Source of the DNA: an uncultured Burkholderiaceae bacterium
GTDB lineage: Bacteria > Pseudomonadota > Gammaproteobacteria > Burkholderiales > Burkholderiaceae_F
DNA length: 64,000 nt
NCBI GenBank assembly: GCA_964571375.1
Contig: CAZNBL010000002.1
Location: forward strand, 3,599-67,598
Direction of reading: 5' to 3'
The position numbers and the translations under genes are program-made. Positions 29,315 to 41,065 of the stretch are shown in pieces. A model generated the notes under the pieces. The model was not told where the DNA came from and ran no database searches. It worked only from the letters and a program-made list of their open reading frames with translations. Position 1 is the stretch's first letter; each line of letters opens with the position of its first letter.

Positions 29315-31390
29315 ATGACAAGGCTTTTCCGAATCTTTCTGCTGCTCCTCCTGACGGCCGCCTCGGCGGCCTGGGGGATGCCTTCATTTAACAAGCTGGA
29401 TTCGGTTAAAGCCGAGTTGATTGCCGAATCTGAGGGGGCCGCTCCCGGCAGCACCCTTCAGGTCGGCATTCTTTTAAAACATAAGCCCGAGTGGCACACC
29501 TATTGGAAAACCACGGGCGACACCGGTTATCCGACCGCTGCCGAATGGACTCTGCCCGAAGACTGGGTTGCCGGAGAAATTCTCTGGCCGACACCGAAAG
29601 TCTTCAAAATCGGCGACTTCATCAATTACGGTTACGAAGGCGATGTTCTTCTTCCCGTCCGTATCAGTGTCCCGACAAACGTCGAAACCGGCAGCACCTA
29701 CCCGATCAAAACCACGGTTTCCTGGCTGATGTGTCAGGATCAGTGCGTCCCCGGATCGGCTCAATTAACACTGGACATCCCTGTCGTTGCAGCTCCTGCC
29801 GCAACGGCGCACAGCGACCTCTTTACGCAAAACGAGGCAAAACTGCCGACGCCGCTCGCAGGTGTCTCTGCGCGTACAGATTCCGCTTCGAAACTCATTG
29901 AACTTTCGATCCCTGTCGAAGATCGGAACCGCCTCAAACATCTTGACGATGCTTACGTCTTCATCGAAGGCATCGAGACAATTCACTACGACGTCCCGCA
30001 GAATATTCATCGCTCTGAAGACGGCTTCAAAGTCTATCTGCGCGCCAACACGCTCAAAGCGGGCGATACTCTCTCGGGCGTTATTTCTGCCGAAGACCGA
30101 AACGGTCTCTGGGCACGCTCTTTCACTGCCGAGGCCGCCCCTGCAACGATCACGCCGCCTCAGAAAAAGTCGGGAAACACCTGGGAAATTGCCTTCTTCT
30201 CCGCACTGATGGCTTTTGTCGGCGGCATGATTTTGAATCTGATGCCCTGCGTCTTTCCGGTGCTCTCTCTGAAGATTCTCGGCTTGGTCAGGGCTAAAGA
30301 AGAAAATCACACTTCCATGGCTTCGCACGGTCTTGCATTTACGGTCGGCGTACTGATCACCATGACCGTATTGGCCTGCGCCCTGATCCTTGTTAAGAGC
30401 ACGGGCAGTGCCGTCGGCTGGGGCTTCCAGCTGCAGTCTCCCTGGTTTGTATTTGCACTGGCTCTTCTTTTTACCGCCATTACTGTCAACCTGTTCGGTT
30501 TCTTTGAATTTACTGCCGGCGCAAACGCTCAGCTCGGCATGAAGGGCGGACGATTCAACGGCATGTCGGTGGCCAACAGCTTTGCAACCGGCATTCTGAC
30601 CGTCATTGTTGCCTCTCCCTGCACCGCTCCTTTCATGGGCGCCGCACTCGGCTACGCACTAAGCGCATCCAACGCCGAAGCACTTCTGATTTTCCTTGCA
30701 CTCGGCACCGGCCTGAGCCTTCCCTGGCTCGTCCTTACCCTCTTCCCGGTACTGACTGCCTGGCTGCCCAAACCCGGCATGTGGATGGTACGCATGCGTA
30801 CCGTTATGGGCATCCCGATGGCGCTCACCGTCTTCTGGCTGCTCTGGGTTCTTCAGCAACAGGTTTCGTCCGTCGTCTTTATCGGCGTACTGACTACGTG
30901 TATCACGCTCGCCGCCGCACTCTTTGCACTCGGAAAAGTACAGTTCGGATTTGACCGGTTCAAGATTCCGATGATTGCTGCCGCAGCGGCCGCCTCTCTC
31001 GGCTACTGCTCGCTCTCATATGTGGCGGCATCCGACAGCGAAGTCCGAAGCGAAGCCGGCACCTGGTCTCCGGCTGCCGTTGAACAGCACTTAGCTCAGG
31101 GCCGTCCGGTCTTTGTCGACTTCACCGCATCCTGGTGCGTCACCTGCCAGGCCAATAAGATTGCCGTACTTGACCGTTCGGAGGTGCGGAGCGCCATGCA
31201 ACGCAAAAACGTCGAGTTTTTGATTGCCGACTGGACCAACCGCAATGAAGAAATCACAAGAGCACTGGAATCGTTCGGACGCAGCGGCGTTCCGCTTTAC
31301 GTCCTCTACAGTCCCGACGGTAAGGTTAAAATCCTGCCTGAGCTGCTCACTCAGACTATTGTGATTGAAGCACTCGACGAACTTGAATAA
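29315..31390 (+). CDS. DsbD-family protein-disulfide reductase (N-terminal DsbD-alpha-like domain, CcdA-like membrane core, C-terminal thioredoxin)
   Basis: Signal peptide; WLMCQDQCVP in the N-terminal domain; membrane cysteines MPCVFPVLSLK and ASPCTAPFMG; C-terminal thioredoxin motif ASWCVTCQ. Confidence 0.85.
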   Translation: MTRLFRIFLLLLLTAASAAWGMPSFNKLDSVKAELIAESEGAAPGSTLQVGILLKHKPEWHTYWKTTGDTGYPTAAEWTLPEDWVAGEILWPTPKVFKIGDFINYGYEGDVLLPVRISVPTNVETGSTYPIKTTVSWLMCQDQCVPGSAQLTLDIPVVAAPAATAHSDLFTQNEAKLPTPLAGVSARTDSASKLIELSIPVEDRNRLKHLDDAYVFIEGIETIHYDVPQNIHRSEDGFKVYLRANTLKAGDTLSGVISAEDRNGLWARSFTAEAAPATITPPQKKSGNTWEIAFFSALMAFVGGMILNLMPCVFPVLSLKILGLVRAKEENHTSMASHGLAFTVGVLITMTVLACALILVKSTGSAVGWGFQLQSPWFVFALALLFTAITVNLFGFFEFTAGANAQLGMKGGRFNGMSVANSFATGILTVIVASPCTAPFMGAALGYALSASNAEALLIFLALGTGLSLPWLVLTLFPVLTAWLPKPGMWMVRMRTVMGIPMALTVFWLLWVLQQQVSSVVFIGVLTTCITLAAALFALGKVQFGFDRFKIPMIAAAAAASLGYCSLSYVAASDSEVRSEAGTWSPAAVEQHLAQGRPVFVDFTASWCVTCQANKIAVLDRSEVRSAMQRKNVEFLIADWTNRNEEITRALESFGRSGVPLYVLYSPDGKVKILPELLTQTIVIEALDELE

Positions 31391-31403
31391 CACCGGAGCA
31401 GGC

Positions 31404-31679
31404 ATGGAAAACTTCTTGGTAAACAAGGTCAGCAACGACGAAGACTTTAAAAATCTTTTAGCGAAATTTCTCCGTCAGAACGGCTACGAATCCGAAAACA
31501 GCACACGCGGTCTGAAAAGCGCGCTCAAAGACTATCAGTGTGTTTTCGGCGAAGATGCGCCTGTCTGGGTCAAAAGCCTTTGGACTTCGACCGCTCTGAG
31601 TACCGTACACCTGGCAATTGCCACAAAAAAAGCGCTTCCCGAGAACTTTGAAGTTCCCGCAGAAGCACTTCGCAAATAA
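31404..31679 (+). CDS. Small hypothetical protein (91 aa)
   Basis: ATG 31404 is preceded by GGAGCAGGC (Shine-Dalgarno). The ORF ends 12 nt before a strong terminator. I recognise no family. Confidence 0.5.
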   Translation: MENFLVNKVSNDEDFKNLLAKFLRQNGYESENSTRGLKSALKDYQCVFGEDAPVWVKSLWTSTALSTVHLAIATKKALPENFEVPAEALRK

Positions 31680-31691
31680 CGTTTTGCAGAC

Positions 31692-31730
31692 AGACCGGAC
31701 GGCTTCGCAGTCATCCGGTCTTTTTTATTT
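31692..31730 (+). terminator. Rho-independent terminator after the hemL-dsbD-like-small ORF unit
   Basis: Stem AGACCGGA (31692-31699) pairs with TCCGGTCT (31714-31721), followed by TTTTTATTTT. Confidence 0.65.
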
Positions 31731-31742
31731 TCCGAACTCAGA

Positions 31743-32564
31743 TCAGAGGCGCGGTCTTGCGGCGTTGATCTTGTCGCGTGTATCCAATGCGACGGCACGG
31801 GCCTTTTCGACAAAATCCTTTTCATCGCTGCTGGCATAAAGCACGGCACGGCTCGAATTAATCACCATACCGGTACCGTCGGGACGGCAGCCTGCCTTAA
31901 CGGCAGCATTGATGTCGCCGCCCTGAGCACCGATGCCGGGAACGAGGAAGTTGAGCTGCGGAACCAAAGCTCGGATAGCAGCCAGTTCCTTCGGGTAAGT
32001 GGCACCGACCACCAGACCGAGCTGACCGGTGGTATTCCACTGATCGACAAGCTTGGCAACGCTTTCGTAAATGGGACGGCCGTCGGCTGTCAGCATCTGA
32101 ATGTCATCACCGCCGGGGTTGCTGGTGCGGCAAAGAAGGAAGGCACCTTTTTCCGGATATTCGAGATACGGAGTAACCGAATCCTTGCCCATGTAAGGAG
32201 ACAGCGTGACGCAGTCGGCTTCAAAACGGACAAAGGCCTCTTTGGCGTAGTGTTCGGCTGTACTGCCGATATCACCGCGCTTGGCATCGAGCACAACCGG
32301 AATGCCGGGGTGCTTGACGTGAATCCAATCGATCAGCTGCTTGAGCTGATCTTCGGCACCGCAGGATGCAAAGTAAGCGATCTGCGGCTTAAATGCACAG
32401 ACTAAATCGGCTGTTGCATCCACAATTTCACGGCAGAAATCGTAAATACCGGTCGGAGAGTTTTTGAATTTCTCGGGGAAACGGGCCGGGTTGGGATCAA
32501 GGCCGACGCAAAGCAGAGTATTGTCTTCCTGCCAGCGCTTCTGAAGCATCTCATTAAAGGTCAT
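31743..32564 (-). CDS. pyrF: Orotidine 5'-phosphate decarboxylase, type 2
   Basis: [10 protein letters not shown] and [13 protein letters not shown] motifs. Start trimmed to ATG 32564 ([11 protein letters not shown]), which matches the usual type-2 PyrF N-terminus. Confidence 0.85.
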   Translation of the reverse strand: MTFNEMLQKRWQEDNTLLCVGLDPNPARFPEKFKNSPTGIYDFCREIVDATADLVCAFKPQIAYFASCGAEDQLKQLIDWIHVKHPGIPVVLDAKRGDIGSTAEHYAKEAFVRFEADCVTLSPYMGKDSVTPYLEYPEKGAFLLCRTSNPGGDDIQMLTADGRPIYESVAKLVDQWNTTGQLGLVVGATYPKELAAIRALVPQLNFLVPGIGAQGGDINAAVKAGCRPDGTGMVINSSRAVLYASSDEKDFVEKARAVALDTRDKINAARPRL

Positions 32565-32659
32565 TTTTTGAGTCCGTGTAAGTTTTAAAGTTATATGTGA
32601 CATCAAAACGGAGATTTTAATGTATTGTGCGGAAGTTCCGCTGACCCTTCGATAGCTAT

Positions 32660-33868
32660 TTAACCGCGCTCAAGGGTTGTTCCGCTTCCGGCGCTCTGTT
32701 GCGGACGCATCTTCCAGAGATAAAAAGCCATCGGCAGCAATACAACGCCGGAGAACGCGATGATGACCGGATATGTGCAGTAGAACGCCATCATAGAGCC
32801 GACGATCGGTCCCATAACCGAGCCTATCTGCTGGAACAGATAAGAAAGACCGAAGACACGTCCCTTATCCTTGGCGTCCGTACTGATCGTAAGCACTGCG
32901 TTAATCGCAGGGAAGATTCCGGCGAAAGCCAGACCTCCGATAAAGCGCCAGACCGTAAACCATTCGATGCTCGAAGGAAATGCCTGCACGATACTGAGCA
33001 GCCCGGCTCCGACAAGCGACAGATACAGCACAGGACGATAACCCCAGTTCTGTCCGAGCACACCCCAGACCGGAGAGGCAATCACCCCCGAAACCCCGCA
33101 TACCGAGAAGACAATGCCGGAAATCAGCACAATCTGATCCATCGATCCCTGCAATTCGGCGATGTACTGCGGCAGGATCGGCTGAACAAGCAGAATACTC
33201 ATCTGAGCGACACCGGCACAGATCAGCATACGTTTGACGGCAGGAATCTTCAGCAAGGAAAAATCCCAAATCCGGATCGGAGCGGCGTTGGCAGGAACCG
33301 AGCGCGGTTCTTCCTTGATGTAGATAAGAATCAGGCAGGTGATAAAGAAAAGCGCCGTACCCGAAATAAAGAACGTGGAGCGCATGCCGAATGCCTCGGC
33401 AAGCACGCCGCCGAAGAGCGGTCCCAAAACACCGCCTGCAGTCAGACCGCCCTGCATGACGCCGAGGCAGAATCCGAGTTTGGCTTTGGGAACGGAAGAA
33501 GAAATGATGGCTAGCAGTGCCGGCCACAAACCGGCAGACAAGCCCTGAATGAAACGAACGCCGAACAGCTCCCAGGGACCGCCGACCAGGCCGCCGAGGA
33601 AATAAGTGATCGAAAGACTGAAACCGGCACGAAGCGCCATCAGCTTGCGGCTCTTACGGTCGGCAAGCGCGCCCCAGATCGGCGCCATGATGCCGCTCAC
33701 GACAAAGGTGACCGCAAAGACCGCCCCGGACCAAAGATCGACATCTGACTGAACAACACCGAGTTCCTTGATCAGATACATCGGAAGAAACGGCACCAGC
33801 ATCGTGTAACTCATCGACATGAGCACCGTACACGACGTGAGCAAAGTCAGCGTGATTTTCCAGTTCAT
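32660..33868 (-). CDS. MFS efflux transporter (DHA1 family, MdtG-like)
   Basis: 12 hydrophobic segments; [14 protein letters not shown]...[10 protein letters not shown]...[12 protein letters not shown] closely parallels E. coli MdtG. Confidence 0.85.
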   Translation of the reverse strand: MNWKITLTLLTSCTVLMSMSYTMLVPFLPMYLIKELGVVQSDVDLWSGAVFAVTFVVSGIMAPIWGALADRKSRKLMALRAGFSLSITYFLGGLVGGPWELFGVRFIQGLSAGLWPALLAIISSSVPKAKLGFCLGVMQGGLTAGGVLGPLFGGVLAEAFGMRSTFFISGTALFFITCLILIYIKEEPRSVPANAAPIRIWDFSLLKIPAVKRMLICAGVAQMSILLVQPILPQYIAELQGSMDQIVLISGIVFSVCGVSGVIASPVWGVLGQNWGYRPVLYLSLVGAGLLSIVQAFPSSIEWFTVWRFIGGLAFAGIFPAINAVLTISTDAKDKGRVFGLSYLFQQIGSVMGPIVGSMMAFYCTYPVIIAFSGVVLLPMAFYLWKMRPQQSAGSGTTLERG

Positions 33869-33921
33869 CTTTTTTTCCTCTTATTTTTTTATTGTAAGAC
33901 TGAACTGGAGACAAAATGAAC

Positions 33922-33954
33922 AAAGGGGCTCTGAAGTAACTTCAGAGCCCCTTT
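33922..33954 (-). terminator. Terminator after groEL
   Basis: Near-perfect palindrome AAAGGGGCTCTGAAGT/ACTTCAGAGCCCCTTT. On the minus strand it is followed by GTTCATTTTG. Confidence 0.6.
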
Positions 33955-33976
33955 GCGGGTTAGATCAGCTGATGAA

Positions 33977-35614
<1,638 letters not shown>

Positions 35615-35650
35615 TTATCTCCAAATATTCTTTCAAACCGTTACTGCGAA

Positions 35651-35938
35651 TTATTCCAAGACACCCATGATGTCTTCTTCGCGCATGACCAGGTATTCTT
35701 CACCGTCAACCTTGACGTTCTGGCCGGAGTACTTACCGAAGAGAACCTTATCACCGACCTTGACATCCATCGGGATGATCTTGCCGGCTTCATCGCGCTT
35801 GCCGGGACCGACTGCGAGAACTTCGCCCTGATCAGGCTTTTCGCCGGATGCTTCGGGGATGTAGAGGCCGGAAGCAGTGCGAGTTTCAGGTGCTACACGC
35901 TTGACGATCACACGGTCGTGCAAGGGACGAATTTTCAT
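35651..35938 (-). CDS. groS: Co-chaperonin GroES
   Basis: [15 protein letters not shown]; 95 aa after trimming the ORF-track extension (36010 to 35938). Confidence 0.95.
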   Translation of the reverse strand: MKIRPLHDRVIVKRVAPETRTASGLYIPEASGEKPDQGEVLAVGPGKRDEAGKIIPMDVKVGDKVLFGKYSGQNVKVDGEEYLVMREEDIMGVLE

Positions 35939-35990
35939 TGTTGACTCCTCATTAAATTTAAATGGATCTCTTCCGATCCGAATGAACTCT

Positions 35991-36018
35991 ATGTGGGGAC
36001 GAAGTCCCAAATTTCAAG
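35991..36018 (-). promoter_or_regulatory. Sigma-32 (RpoH) heat-shock promoter of groES-groEL
   Basis: Minus strand reads CTTGAAA (36012-36018), a 13-nt spacer, then CCCCACAT (35991-35998). This matches the CTTGAAA-N13-15-CCCCATNT consensus. The 5' UTR would be about 50 nt. Confidence 0.6.
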
Positions 36019-36157
36019 CCCGATTCAAAGATTAGTGTTTATACCTACAATCTTTTTGCCGGTCAACGGCATTGAAATCTGCCGCTTGTTTACTCGGTGC
36101 ACATGATAGTGTTAATTTTTCGTCTGTTGCTGTATACGTCCAAGATAGAAACCCGAT

Positions 36158-37576
36158 ATGCGTATTTTCTCCCGACTCATCCGCCCGCTTCTGATTCTGG
36201 CGGCCTTTGTCGTATCGGCGTCCTGCGTCTGTGCCGCCGCGGCCCTTCCCAATTCGGTAAAACAAACGCTCAAAGCACAGCACATCGATAAAAGAGACAT
36301 TTCGATCTCGATCATTCCTTTGGACGGCAACGGCATCAATCTTCAGCACAAAGCCGATCAGCCGAGAATTCCCGCTTCGGTAGAAAAGGCAGTAACCGCC
36401 GCTATGGCACTCGACGCTCACGGACCGGCAAAAGTCTGGACAACCCGAATATTCTCGGAAAACAAGCCTGAAAACGGAACCCTGGACGGCGACCTGTTTA
36501 TTGTCGGAGGCGGCGACCCGTCGATGACGGCAGAACGATTTTGGCTTCTTATCGAAGATCTCAGAGCCCGCGGCATTCGCAATATCGACGGCGACCTTAT
36601 TCTCGACCGCAGTTATTTCGATCTTCCCGAGCACGACGCCTTTTCCTTTGACGGAGACGGCAACCGCCCCTACAACCTCGGTGCCGACGCACTGCTCCTG
36701 AACTACCGATCGTTTGCTCTTCGAATCATTCCGGACGAAGCAGCAGGAATTGCCCGTCTTTACCCGACGCCCCGCATCTCGGACGTCAAACTGCCCGAAT
36801 CGATTCCGCTTTCAAAAGAACCCTGCGGATCGTGGCGCAAGAAAATCGACCCCGATTACTCCGATCCGACGGCTCCGGTCTTTCACGGCCGATTCCCTGA
36901 AAAATGCGGTCCGAAATACTTCATCTACACCACGCTTGAAGCCGACCGTTACTTTGAAAGCGTCTTCCGCACCCTTTGGGAAAATTCCGGAGGCACTTGG
37001 AGCGGAAAGGCCGTAAGCGGCAAAGCACCGGAAGCAGCCCTCCTTCTGACTGAAGCGGATTCTCAGCCGCTGAGTCTGTTGCTTTGGAACATGAATAAGT
37101 TCAGCAACAATCTCATTGCCCGGCATCTTTTCCTGTCGGTCGGAGAAACCGAAGAAGGCGAAGCAAAAACTCTTGAAAGCAGCCGCCGTAAAACGGAAGA
37201 TTGGGCACGTTCGATCGGTATCGGACCGAACGAACTTTATGTCGACAACGGCTCGGGCCTTTCACGCGGTTCACGACTTTCTGCAAGAGCTTCGACGCTT
37301 GTGCTCAAGCACATGTGGAATTCGCCCTATCGATTTGAATATGTTGCCTCCTTTCCTGTCTCCGGACTCGACGGTACGATGAAAAAACGAAATGCCGCTG
37401 TCGGACAGGCTCATATCAAGACCGGTTACCTTGAAGGCGTACGCTCCATAGCAGGATTCGTACGCGCAAAGAGCGGTCGCTACTACGCGGTCTCCGCAAT
37501 TATCAATTCGCCGAACGCCGCAGACTCTCTGCCCGTTATGGATTCGATCATCGCCTGGATCTGCACACGAGGTTAG
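36158..37576 (+). CDS. dacB: D-alanyl-D-alanine carboxypeptidase/endopeptidase (PBP4, S13 family)
   Basis: Signal peptide; SxxK active site in PASVEKAVT; FIVGGGDPS motif; 472 aa. Confidence 0.85.
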   Translation: MRIFSRLIRPLLILAAFVVSASCVCAAAALPNSVKQTLKAQHIDKRDISISIIPLDGNGINLQHKADQPRIPASVEKAVTAAMALDAHGPAKVWTTRIFSENKPENGTLDGDLFIVGGGDPSMTAERFWLLIEDLRARGIRNIDGDLILDRSYFDLPEHDAFSFDGDGNRPYNLGADALLLNYRSFALRIIPDEAAGIARLYPTPRISDVKLPESIPLSKEPCGSWRKKIDPDYSDPTAPVFHGRFPEKCGPKYFIYTTLEADRYFESVFRTLWENSGGTWSGKAVSGKAPEAALLLTEADSQPLSLLLWNMNKFSNNLIARHLFLSVGETEEGEAKTLESSRRKTEDWARSIGIGPNELYVDNGSGLSRGSRLSARASTLVLKHMWNSPYRFEYVASFPVSGLDGTMKKRNAAVGQAHIKTGYLEGVRSIAGFVRAKSGRYYAVSAIINSPNAADSLPVMDSIIAWICTRG

Positions 37577-37615
37577 ACTTTAAAAACAAATACGCCTAAC
37601 TAGGGAGATGCAACC

Positions 37616-37927
37616 ATGGCCGTTAATGTCGAAAAGGTTGAAAACACCGTACGCGAATCCGTTAACGATGCACTCGATCAGGCTGACGAGCTTTTAAAGA
37701 AAGCAGCAGAAGCCGGCGGCGAAGATGCCAAGGTTCTTCGGGAACAAGCTCAGAAATGCCTCTGCAGCGCCCGTGAAAACTTCTCGGCTTATTGCGAAAA
37801 AGCATCAGCCGAAGGCCGCATCATCGCTGAAAATGTCAAAGATTACGTTCACGACAATCCCTGGAAAGCCGTCGGCATCGCCGCTCTTGCCGGCATTGCG
37901 GTCGGCGCGTTTCTCTCCCGTAAGTAG
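37616..37927 (+). CDS. DUF883 tail-anchored stress protein (ElaB/YqjD family)
   Basis: C-terminal NPWKAVGIAALAGIAVGAFLSRK anchor and a helical N-terminal part. Confidence 0.8.
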   Translation: MAVNVEKVENTVRESVNDALDQADELLKKAAEAGGEDAKVLREQAQKCLCSARENFSAYCEKASAEGRIIAENVKDYVHDNPWKAVGIAALAGIAVGAFLSRK

Positions 37928-37938
37928 ACAGCTGATTC

Positions 37939-38364
37939 ATGCAGAACGTTCCCGACAGCTGCGGTCATCAGCAAGAGCATGTGAAACCCTCGCTCTTTTC
38001 GTTGGTTCTCGAACTGCTGGCAACACGTTCCGAACTTGCCTGCACTGAGTTCAAGGCTGCACAGATCAACGCGGTTAAAACCGCTGTCTTCTGCTTTATT
38101 GCAGCACTCCTCGCACTGCTTGCAACCGTCTTTATCTCTGCAGCCGTCCTGATCGTCTGCTGGGATACGTACCGCATCGAAGCCGCCTGCGCGATTGCCG
38201 CCTTCTACCTGGCTTCATCGGGAGTCTTTCTGCAAAAAGCCCTTGCTGCCGAAAACGCTCTGAACGCCTCCTTCAAAGTTACCGGACGAGTCCTGAGAGA
38301 AGATATCGAAGAGCTCAAAGCCGCTGCCTGTCCCGCTGAGAAAAAACATGCCGAACCGAGATGA
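37939..38364 (+). CDS. YqjE-like small membrane protein (phage-holin-3-like/DUF1469)
   Basis: 141 aa with two hydrophobic helices. It directly follows the yqjD-like gene, as in the E. coli yqjD-yqjE-yqjK arrangement. Confidence 0.6.
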   Translation: MQNVPDSCGHQQEHVKPSLFSLVLELLATRSELACTEFKAAQINAVKTAVFCFIAALLALLATVFISAAVLIVCWDTYRIEAACAIAAFYLASSGVFLQKALAAENALNASFKVTGRVLREDIEELKAAACPAEKKHAEPR

Positions 38365-38725
38365 TCAGAGCCGCATCGCAGAACTCGCCCGTAAAGCCGA
38401 CGAAGAGCGCCGTGCACTTAAAGAACGGCTCGTCGGGCTGCATGGAACAGCCTCTCAGGACTTGAGCAAAGTCGGCCTGGATGCCGTTAAAAAGGCTTCG
38501 GTACTCGGTTTGAACGATCCGAAAGTATTGACGATGCTCGCCCGTAATATTGTCTTTCCCGCGGCAGCTGGTGCAGCCCGCATGATCACAAAACGCGGCA
38601 ACGCCAAACGCATTCTCGGACTCGGCGTCGTTGCTTTGGGTACCGCCTGCATCACCAAAGGCATCCTGAACGACGCACGTAAAAAAAATGCCCGACATCA
38701 CGATGATGCCGAGCACTCTCAATAA
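38348..38725 (+). CDS. Hypothetical protein, possibly YqjK-like
   Basis: 125 aa; charged helical N-terminus followed by a hydrophobic segment. It overlaps the preceding gene by 17 nt. Called from position only. Confidence 0.4.
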   Translation: MPNRDDQSRIAELARKADEERRALKERLVGLHGTASQDLSKVGLDAVKKASVLGLNDPKVLTMLARNIVFPAAAGAARMITKRGNAKRILGLGVVALGTACITKGILNDARKKNARHHDDAEHSQ

Positions 38726-38739
38726 AAGACGAACGAGGG

Positions 38740-40056
38740 TTAATCTTCTTCAGTCTTTTCCGGTTCCGGATTCTTGGTTGCCGTAATACGGTCGATACGA
38801 CGGCCGTCCATTTTCTTTACTTCAAAGGTCCAGTTGCTCCACTCGACCTTATCACCCTCGGTCGGAATACGCTCAAGCAGATAAAGAAGCATGCCGCCCA
38901 CCGTGGTGTAGCGTTCGCTCTCTTCGTCAGGACACTCGTCGATATCCAGAAGGTCTTTGACCTCGGGAATCGGCAGAAGGCCGTCAAACTCAAAGTTTCC
39001 GTCTTCCTTGGCAACTACGAGCGCATCGGCCGGGGTCTCGGGCTTGAATTCACCGGCAATCGCTTCGAGCACGTCATGCGGCGTCACAAGGCCGAGCACG
39101 GCGCCGTACTCGTCGACCACCATTGCCAGCGCAGCATCGTTCTGCCGGAAGTTCTCAAGCAGTTCCATACCGGTGAGAGATTCGGGTACAAAAACTGCCG
39201 GCTGAGAAAGATCGCGGAAATTTGCCTTGCCCTTGGTCACCATCTGCTTAAGCAGCTGACGGGTCGTCACGATTCCTTTGATGTTGTCGAGACCGTCCTG
39301 GCAGACCGGCAGACGGGAGAAGCGCGAATGAAGCAGCTTCTTCATGTTTTCTTCGTGCGTATCTTCGAGATCGATATATTCGACTTCGCTTCTCGGAACC
39401 ATCAGAGAGGAAACCGGACGGTCGTCGAGTCGGAATACGTTTCGGACCATCGTATGCTCCTGCGCATCGATCACACCGGTTTCACCGCCCTCCTCGATCA
39501 TGGAGTGAATATCTTCTTCGGTAATCTGCTGCGCATCGTTCTTGATGCCGCACCACTTCATCAGTGTTTCGGTCGAAAACGACAGCAACTGTACGAACGG
39601 CATGGCAATGACCGAGATCCAGTGAATCGGCTTGGCAACAAAGCGAACGATGCTGTCGGCGGCAATCTGACCGATACGCTTCGGAACAAGCTCGCCGATT
39701 ACAATAGAAACATAGGTGATGCCGATCACCACGCAAACCATAGCAACGGCTCTTGCGGTCGAAGCAGACATCGGCATCCACTGCATAATCTGCTCTGAAA
39801 ACGGTTCGACCAAAGCGCTTTCGCCGACGATACCCGACAGAATCCCGATAGAAGTAATACCGACCTGAATCGTAGAAAGAGCACGTGTCGGATTTTCCGA
39901 GAGTTCGAGCGCAATTCTTGCTCTTTCACTGCCGTCGTCGGCCTGCATCTGCAGTTTGGCCCGTCGGGCAGTCACAATGGCAATTTCGCTCATCGCGAAG
40001 AAACCGTTGATCAGCACAAGGCAAAACAAACAAAGTACATCCAACCAAACACTCAT
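38740..40056 (-). CDS. CNNM/TlyC-family transporter-associated protein (DUF21 + tandem CBS + CorC_HlyC)
   Basis: N-terminal transmembrane domain with FAMSEIAIV, CBS-pair region, and a C-terminal transporter-associated domain. Start trimmed to ATG 40056, just after the cinA-like stop. Confidence 0.85.
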   Translation of the reverse strand: MSVWLDVLCLFCLVLINGFFAMSEIAIVTARRAKLQMQADDGSERARIALELSENPTRALSTIQVGITSIGILSGIVGESALVEPFSEQIMQWMPMSASTARAVAMVCVVIGITYVSIVIGELVPKRIGQIAADSIVRFVAKPIHWISVIAMPFVQLLSFSTETLMKWCGIKNDAQQITEEDIHSMIEEGGETGVIDAQEHTMVRNVFRLDDRPVSSLMVPRSEVEYIDLEDTHEENMKKLLHSRFSRLPVCQDGLDNIKGIVTTRQLLKQMVTKGKANFRDLSQPAVFVPESLTGMELLENFRQNDAALAMVVDEYGAVLGLVTPHDVLEAIAGEFKPETPADALVVAKEDGNFEFDGLLPIPEVKDLLDIDECPDEESERYTTVGGMLLYLLERIPTEGDKVEWSNWTFEVKKMDGRRIDRITATKNPEPEKTEED

Positions 40057-40057
40057 C

Positions 40058-40564
40058 TTATTTTCCTTCCGTGTTCTTCGAGAGCATTCTGATAATTCCG
40101 TCGAGAGCTGCGGAGACAGCCGCTTCTCTGACCGAGCGACGGTCGCCGTCAAAAGAGAAACGTTCTACATGTGCAGCCTCACCTGCTCTCATCCAACCGA
40201 TAAACACCGTACCGACCGGCTTTCCGGGTTCGGCGCCTCCCGGACCGGCAATACCGCTCACGGCGACAGCCAAGCCGGCATGCGAATGCTTTAAAGTGCC
40301 GGCGAGCATTGCGGATACACACTCGGCACTCACGGCTCCGTGCTCTTCAAAAATCTCTTCGGCCACACCGAGCATCTCGTGCTTGGCTGTATTGGTATAG
40401 GTCACAAAGCTTCTTTCAAACCAACTGCTCGCACCGGCAACATCGGTCATCGCAGCGGCAATCATACCGCCCGTACATGACTCTGCTGTTGCAATGACGA
40501 TGCCGTTAGACGTGCAGAGCTCTGCAACCTGCAGAATCTTTTCTTCAATACTTAAGCAAGCCAC
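40058..40564 (-). CDS. CinA C-terminal domain protein / nicotinamide-nucleotide amidohydrolase (PncC-like)
   Basis: ATAESCTGGMIAAAMTDVAGASSWF motif; 168 aa. Confidence 0.85.
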   Translation of the reverse strand: MACLSIEEKILQVAELCTSNGIVIATAESCTGGMIAAAMTDVAGASSWFERSFVTYTNTAKHEMLGVAEEIFEEHGAVSAECVSAMLAGTLKHSHAGLAVAVSGIAGPGGAEPGKPVGTVFIGWMRAGEAAHVERFSFDGDRRSVREAAVSAALDGIIRMLSKNTEGK

Positions 40565-41058
40565 GCCAGAACCTCCTTGGCTCCGAACAGTACCAACAGG
40601 GCGTAAGCCGCGGCAAGCAGGTCGTCGACCATCACGGTCCAGCCGTTCTGACGCAAAGAGTCGATTGTCGATGCGGGCGGCAGCTTCACGATATCAAAAA
40701 CTCTGAATACAGCAACGCCGGCAAGCTGCCAGAAGAATGTCTGCGGGATCAGCATCAGGATGATCCAGACCGCAACCACCTCATCGATCACGATGGATCC
40801 GTGGTCAACCTTGCCGAGCAATCTGCCCGAATTCGGAATCATCAGAGCTCCGAGAACAAATGTCGCAGCGATCACCGCCCAGATAGCGGCGGACGGCAGG
40901 AACTGAGACATAAGCCAGAAAACCGGCCAGGCCGCAAACGATCCCCATGTTCCCGGAGCCGGTGTAATACAGCCGGCACCGAAAAACGTAGTGACCATGT
41001 GGCAGGGATTGCGGTACACCTCACCGAAAGTCGGAGCTTTGACCGAATAATTCTTCAT
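40552..41058 (-). CDS. pgpA: Phosphatidylglycerophosphatase A
   Basis: APGTWGS motif and membrane segments. Start trimmed to ATG 41058, downstream of the thiL stop. Confidence 0.8.
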   Translation of the reverse strand: MKNYSVKAPTFGEVYRNPCHMVTTFFGAGCITPAPGTWGSFAAWPVFWLMSQFLPSAAIWAVIAATFVLGALMIPNSGRLLGKVDHGSIVIDEVVAVWIILMLIPQTFFWQLAGVAVFRVFDIVKLPPASTIDSLRQNGWTVMVDDLLAAAYALLVLFGAKEVLAWLA

Positions 41059-41065
41059 AGATTCA

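Noticed and set aside
35939-36010. N-terminal extensions in the ORF track for groES (to 36010), rpsI (to 52958), mraZ (to 27336), pgpA (to 41151), the CNNM protein (to 40152), pyrF (to 32606) and the hpf-like gene (from 55234)
   Set aside because: In each case the family-typical N-terminus begins at an internal ATG, and the extension overlaps the upstream gene, a promoter or a terminator. The ORF track also uses GTG and TTG starts, which inflates ORF length.
36032-36634. 200-aa minus-strand ORF overlapping the dacB start and the groES promoter region
   Set aside because: It is antisense to the dacB signal peptide and catalytic region, spans the sigma-32 promoter, and has no recognisable domains.
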